From Selaginella moellendorffii (taxonomy: Eukaryota; Plantae; Lycopodiophyta), in contig NW_003314305.1 in assembly GCF_000143415.4 (NCBI RefSeq), positions 743,709 to 807,708 on the forward strand: 64,000 nucleotides of DNA. The letters run 5' to 3'. The notes under the pieces are model-generated. The model was not told the DNA's origin, ran no database searches, and was given only the letters and a program-made list of their open reading frames with translations. The translations under genes were made by a program, and so were the position numbers. Of this stretch, positions 57,836 to 64,000 are shown one piece after another (position 1 is the stretch's first letter; every line of letters begins with the position of its first letter).

Positions 57836-58706
57836 TTGTCCGCACTGCCAGGCACTAGAAACTTTTTCAAAGAAAACTCAAGCATCTTTACCTGGGGAGA
57901 GATGGGGGGAACAACCAAGTGCTTCAGAAGCGACCTCAAGCTACTGGCAGCTTTGGCAGTCTACAAGGGGGCACCACGGTGGCCATCAAGAAAGCCAACA
58001 ACGGCAATGCCCCTCGCATTCAACAGTTTCTAAACGAGGTTACCATCCTCTCCAAAGTGAAACACAGAAATCTCGTCAAGGTGATGGGATGTTGCGTAGA
58101 AAGCGAAGTACCTCTCGTGGTCTACGAGTTCGTGCCAAGAGGAACACTGTACGAGCATCTGCACAAACGAGGAGATACGTTATCGTGGAAAAACCGTTTA
58201 AGAATTGCGACAGAGACAGCAGTGGCTCTTACGTACCTTCACTTTGCAGCTTCTCCACTGATATATCACCGGGACGTCAAATCCTCCAACATCTTGTTGG
58301 ACGAAAAGCTCACGGCCAAAGTAGCGGACTTTGGGATTTCCAAGCTGGTACCCATAGATTCCACTCACATTTCCACAACTCTGCATGGAACACTGGGTTA
58401 CATAGATAGTACCAGCAAAGCTATCAGCTTACAGATAAGAGCGACGTTTACAGCTTTGGAGTAGTCATCTTGGAGCTAATAACAGGTCAGATGCCTGTAG
58501 ACTTCTCTCGCTGTGCTTCAGATAAAAACCTGTCCACATTTGCAATGAGCGTCATACAAAGAGGAGCCATCAGCGAGTTGATCGACAAGAGGTTGGATGC
58601 TAGAACTCCAGAAATGCTGGAGTGCGTTGCAAAAGTTGCAAACTTGGCAGCTCTGAGCTTACAGTTCGACGGAAGTAGCAGGCCGACAATGAAGTTTGTT
58701 CTTTAA
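57836..58706 (+). pseudogene. Wall-associated kinase-like (WAK/WAKL) kinase-domain pseudogene
   Basis: VAIKKA, QFLNEVTILS..KHRNLVK..GCC.ESEVPL.VYEF, IYHRDVKSSNILLD, KVADFGISK, YQLTDKSDVYSFGVV. Frameshifts near 57960 and 58408; no ectodomain seen. Confidence 0.9.
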
Positions 58707-58849
58707 GAGCTTAAAAAGGCAATGCAAATCCTTATGGAGTAAGAAGTTTCTAACAAACTTTTGCAATATTCTTTGTTTGTCTCCATAACTGCAAGAGAAA
58801 ACAATGAACTCCAAAAACATAATGTCTTCGAATCTTTACCTCTCAACTG

Positions 58850-59696
58850 CCGAAATTGAATCCAAAACCACCGCCAGAAGTTATACTTTCCCAAACAGGC
58901 CGCTCAAAGTTTGAGACTCCCGAGCGTTTATCTCGTTCCAGAGCTGTTCTAGAGACCCGGGACGAAGCTCCTCGTACCTGGATTTGAACTTGTCGTATAA
59001 GGTAACTATCAAAACTTTCTTCCAAGAACAAAGTCTCAAAGAACACTTTACCTTCTTACAAGCCGATCGGGCTGAGACGTAAGAGAAATCTTCTTCCTGA
59101 ATGGAAAGAAGCAAAAACTATCAAAACCTTCTTCCAAGAACAAAGTCTCAAAGAACACTTCACCCTAGTACAAGCCGATCGAGCTGAGACGTAAGAGAAA
59201 TCCTCTTCCTGAATGGAAAGAAACAAATCAAAACCTTCTTCCAAGAACAAAGTTCTCAAAGAACAACTTACCTTTGTCCAAGCCGATCGAGCTGAGACGT
59301 AAGTCTTTCTCCAGCTTCCTTGGAAAAAAAAATCCTCCTTTCAGCTCCGCGAGGACCAAATTCCGCCACACAGCGCTTCCTGAAAACATAGAATGCCTCG
59401 CTCGAGACGCCCGACCGAGCCAGATCCTTGGCATCCAGCAGCGCCAGAATATCACTGACGATCTCATCGCTGAGACGCTGGAGACTCCCAAGCCCTGGAT
59501 CACGAATATTTTGCTTGCCCGTGAAGAGGAGATTCCCCAGCGGCTAGATGGCGCGGTGCTTGGATGCGAATGCGAGCCCAAATTCCACACCAGGGCTCTC
59601 AACTCCAGGATCCTCCGATTCATCACTAGAATAGCTACACAAATCTTGGCATCTTTTTTCTTCCTCGTCTTCTTCTTGCCGCCTCTTGCACCATGA
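58850..59696 (-). pseudogene. JMJ22: 5' relic of an F-box/JmjC protein (JMJ22-like)
   Basis: I*PLGNLLFTGKQNIRDPGLGSLQRLSDEIVSDILALL, WRNLVLAELKG and GSWRKTYVSA match the recalled JMJ22 N-terminus. TAG at 59544-59546; JmjC domain missing. Confidence 0.7.
59005..59303. repeat. Tandem repeat, about 110 bp x 2.7
   Basis: ATCAAAAC.TTCTTCCAAGAACAAAG...CAAGCCGATCG.GCTGAGACGTAAG at about 59008, 59120 and 59227. Confidence 0.9.
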
Positions 59697-59779
59697 AAAA
59701 CTTCCCCACGGGGATAAAAGATGCTTAAAGTTTGTACTCCTTTTATACCATTAAGTCTTTATAATAAAATATTTAATCA

Positions 59780-60870
59780 AACATTTTAATAAAAAAAATT
59801 TCTTAAAAATATTTTATTAATGTTAAAAGTATTTTTATTTTTAAAAGAAATTTAGAAAATCTTTGCAACAAATTATGTTTTTTACTAAATTTGCACTTAA
59901 ATTTTGAGTACAATAATTCACATATTCATTTAAAACTGACATTTATAGTATTTCCTTTTTAACTTTTATGCATAATTTATGTAATAATGTAAAAATTTGG
60001 TGTTAAATTGAATTTGAATATTTTACAATCTCAATTGTGCATATAAACACTAACAACTAAAAAAAAAATTTATATTATAAGTATTACAAATATTAAATTA
60101 TATAAAAATACCTTTATTTAAATTTTGCTGCTAATTAAAAAGAAACAAAGCTCAAACACACTGTAGCTATATAAAAATAGTAACATCTCTTAAATGACTT
60201 TCCTTTATAGTATAATTTTATTTATATATAGATAGTTGAAAGTAACAATAAAATTCGTTATAACTAAAAATTTGTAATAATACACAATTAATATAAAAGG
60301 TAACAATTTAACTAAAATAATTCTTTTACAGTATTTGACCATTATAAATAGTTACATCATGCTCCTTCACAACCTTAGTTCTTTATCGAGATTAAAATAT
60401 TATGCCAGTAAAGATGGGTTTGAGATGGCCGATAGAGTCGCAATCCCGCCAAGAACCGAGACTAAACATGGTGAATGACCCCAAAACTAATGAGTAAAAA
60501 TACTCATTAAACATTCTAATAAAAAACAAAAATTTTACATGAAGTTATTCTATCAATATTGAAAGTACTTTTTTAAAAAGAGTTCTAAGAAATCTTCGCA
60601 ACATATTATATTTTTTACTAAATTTGCATTTAAATATTAAATATTATAGTTCAAATATTCATTTAAAGCTGATATTTCTATTATTGCCTTTTTTTACTTT
60701 TATGCACAATTTATGTAATAGTGCAAAAACTTTAGTGTTAATTTGAACTTAAATTTTTTTTGTTTGAATAATATAAACAACTTAAATAAATAGCATATAA
60801 ATCCAAAAAAATAAAATATGTTAAAAATATTACAAATATTAAATCATATTGAATGTACTTTTTTCTACCT
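59780..60870. repeat. AT-rich diverged direct repeat (about 59780-60110 vs 60510-60870), probable TE relic
   Basis: Shared TTTTACTAAATTTGCA, ATATTCATTTAAA.CTGA and CTTTTATGCA.AATTTATGTAATA. Confidence 0.65.
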
Positions 60871-62376
60871 TTTATTTATGGTTGATTACCGATAGTTAAA
60901 AAAAATTAAAAATATTATAAATCTCATAAACTATAAAATACCTTTGAAATCAAATCTATTAATATTATAGTTAGTGATTTTACAACTTTAGAAAATATTT
61001 GTTAAATGTTTTTTTAAATGACCACTTTGAGTGTATTTGTTTCACTTCTTTCCAAACAGCACAATCTGCACATTATAAATAAATAGAAAAAACTTTAAAA
61101 GTTTTAATTAAACCTGAAAAATGAATTTTAGTGTTGCATTGTCTTATTTTTATGCTACCATTATACAAGCTAAAGTAGTAATAATCCCCCACAGTCTTAG
61201 TTTTTATTAATATCTAAATTTATCACTTATTTGACTTTCAAAATTTTGTTTGTTTGTTTATTTATTTCATTTAAAGTGTTGTGATTATTTATTTTGTGCA
61301 AATTTAAACACACTTTTTTTTCTATTGTAGTGCATGTGTAAGTGTGAATTACAAAAAAATTTAATCACTTTTAATGTTTTTTTTATTTTGGTGCATAAAA
61401 ACCCATTTCTAGAGGTTTCAATGCTTGTTCTCTAGCCAAGCTTAATTCCTGTGAAAGGACTCCCATTTCTCTTGGTGAATGATCTCCCTGTGGCAATCAG
61501 TGCGCTTATATTTTTAGTGCCAGACAATTCTCACAAGGTGAATATTGAGCTCAGCACTCTAAAGATGACTCTCAACGTCTTGTACATTCCTGCCATCAAC
61601 ACATAAGCCGAGAATAAATCCACACTCAAGCCCACATTCTTTCAAATGCAAGCTTAATGACTTAGTGACGATGAGGCCGCTGCTCTCGATCATCTCTTGG
61701 ACAAGGGCGATATATGGTGCAGTGGTTCCACTCATGGAGGTGAGTACTTTGAAAGCTTGGATAGAAGCCAGGTGATCGGCAGAGTTCTCATCAGCATGCC
61801 ACAGGGAATGTCAGCCTCTTTAGATCAATACCAGTGACACCCCCGACTTCACACTGTTGAGCCAACAAGCCTAAGTAGTCTTCACCAGATTCTTTTTGTG
61901 CTCGTGAACTTTTGAGGATTCTGACCAACATCTTTGGCAGCCAAGGTTGTTCACGATGCTTCAAACTCGAGCGGAGATTGGGGGCTACAGTGCACGGTGA
62001 TGCAAACTTAGTTTGCGCTTGTGCAGCTTCTCGACTCGCCGTCCCAGTCTGTCCAGCAAGTGGATTTAAAAAACACGTGTACAACATGCACCTCAGCCAC
62101 CCATGCCTCGATTTTCTTCTATGGTGTTACTGGATTTGTGTATTGGACATTATAGAAAAGCGATTGCTAAAGGAGTGTGGGACAAGGTGGATTATCTTCC
62201 TGGCTGGTATAATCCCGATTATGGAGTTGGGATGAACAGCAACGCTTATTTTTTCCCACAACGAATCTATGTGGGGGAAGAAATGAGATGGTCTGTTGAG
62301 TGGTGGGACAATCCGTCTATTGCATGTTGCTGGGCTCCTCAAAAACAAAAAGTCAACACGAGATCTCCATCCCGAT

Positions 62377-63099
62377 AGTTCTTCCTCCTCGTGTGCGCGT
62401 CTCTCCGCTGCTAACATGGTATCGGAGCAATTGGCTCCTTGATCCTGAGAATGGCGCTTGCTGGCCAGGAGGCTAGTGATGAGGAGGAGGATGAGCCTCC
62501 CGATTGCAATCCCTCTTGCAATGTTTGGGACGCTTGAGGCGTTGCACCAAGGCACCAGGCTGTGTACAGGTGCTGAGCAACAAGCAGCAGCAAGTAGAGA
62601 ACAAAGCCAGTGGGAGATTGAGAGATTTCAACAACCCACATCAAGAATTGGGTCAAGATTCAAGAACATTGCATAGCAATTCTTTGCAGGAATTTCCAGC
62701 AATTGGGAAGGATGCTTATGGAGATTCAAGTGCCTAGTCGCAGAGAAGTGGGAGCCTGGCAGTTCACGGCCAAGACCACATGCTAGAGGCAAGATTGAAG
62801 CCATAGCAAGAAGCAAAGAGTGTGCAAGCAAGAACAAGACCAAGAACCAAGTTTTGGGTAGTTGATTGATGAGTTTTTCATATGCTTTTACCATCAGCTC
62901 TCCATGCTCATCATCTCAGACTAGCTAGGCACGATTCAGGCTTAGATTCAGACTTGGATCAGTCGCCTGATCGTGAGTGGGAGTGTTAGAGGTAGAGATG
63001 ATGTGGCAGTAGTTGCTTTATGTATATGTACACAATCATATACAGATATATATATATACAGTTCTTCCTCCTCGTGTGCGCGTCTCTCCGCTGCTAACA
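62377..63099 (+). mobile_element. TRIM / miniature LTR retrotransposon with a 116-bp LTR (5' LTR truncated)
   Basis: 3' LTR 62984-63099 (TGTTAG...CTAACA); identical 40-bp 5' LTR remnant at 62377-62416; PBS TGGTATCGGAGC 62417-62428; PPT GAGTGGGAG; empty sites in the paralogous blocks. Confidence 0.88.
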
Positions 63100-64000
63100 G
63101 ATCTCGATCCCGATCTCCCAGGTAGCTGCGGCGTCGCGTGTTTACTCAACTCATGAATCTCACGACTGAAGAACAAGAGAAAAAAAGGAGAAGCAAGGGA
63201 AATAAGAGAACACTCTCCAAAACGAAGACGAGTAACTCTGGGCCCCCGGCCTGCTCCATCTTAGAAAGGCTGCTGGAATGTAAATAAGCTCTTCACACTT
63301 TTTTACAGGGCCTCGGGAAAAGCTGGCCGGCCAATTGGACTTTCGGGCAGACGACATGAACCATGCAGAGCAGGTTGGGTGCTCGTACTATATGTGATGG
63401 AAGAAGGTGATGCTTTGCTTCTTGCTCGGATTTATCCCTGGACATTTTTTTTGCTTTCTTTACGTCAGATCTTAGAGTCGTCTAGCAACAACAGAGATTC
63501 ATGCAACATCGAAAGCCGTTACCTCATGAAGATCCTGAGGAGTATCAACTCCAGGGATCTTCCCTTCCTATTGCCTCTTTCGTGTCATGTCGCCTCGATA
63601 GCACTTTTGCCAACACATTCCTTCTCAAAGCAGAAATCCTGCACGCCAAAGAAATGACTGTAAAAGAGCTGAAAAGATTGTGACTTACCATTCTCGAGCT
63701 AGAACTTTGCTTCCTACTGCTGCTTGGATCGTTACGTCGAACATTTGCCTGGTTTTGAGACCGTCAGTATGAATGATAGATCATCTTTAAGCTTTGGAAA
63801 ATGCTTCGGCCTTGGCAGCGGGTGGATGTGGCCAATCGGGCGGGAGATATTACGAGGAAGATCTCCTAGAGGTCGAGCCTAACACTGCGTTGGAAATAAT
63901 TTTTCCTTGTCTATTTTCTGACCTTTATGACGTTCCTAGCAGAAGATGTACAAGGCAAGTTTCAGTGTAAAATCCGAACCGATTCTCTAGTTTGTCGAAG

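Overview
Eukaryotic nuclear DNA from a land plant with a compact genome. The very short GT-AG introns, many PLS-type PPR genes and divergent F-box genes suggest a lycophyte such as Selaginella (inference). There are four zones. (1) 1-26.8 kb is a mosaic tandem and inverted duplication. It carries an intronless, unrecognised family of Cys-rich, predicted 4-TM membrane proteins (one intact copy, two frameshifted copies, two relics). These are interleaved with PPR pseudogenes fused to catalase relics, plus RsgA and acid-phosphatase relics and one intact PLS-E PPR gene. (2) 26.8-34.2 kb is AT-rich TE debris with a complete Cassandra-type TRIM (5S rRNA core in both LTRs, PBS, TGAAA target-site duplication) and a foldback element. 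(3) 34.3-46.6 kb is a conserved single-copy block: rhodanese, SCYL1-like pseudokinase, two conserved unknown plant proteins and an HGSNAT-like gene. (4) 45.8-64 kb is a second duplicated zone with tandem double-F-box genes, 30-bp-period arrays of tRNA B-box motifs at rearrangement junctions, WAK-kinase, JMJ22-like and FYV7-like relics, and a second TRIM. The best candidates for undescribed biology are the 4-TM family with hypervariable ectodomain patches and the B-box arrays. All homology calls come from motif recognition, not database searches.
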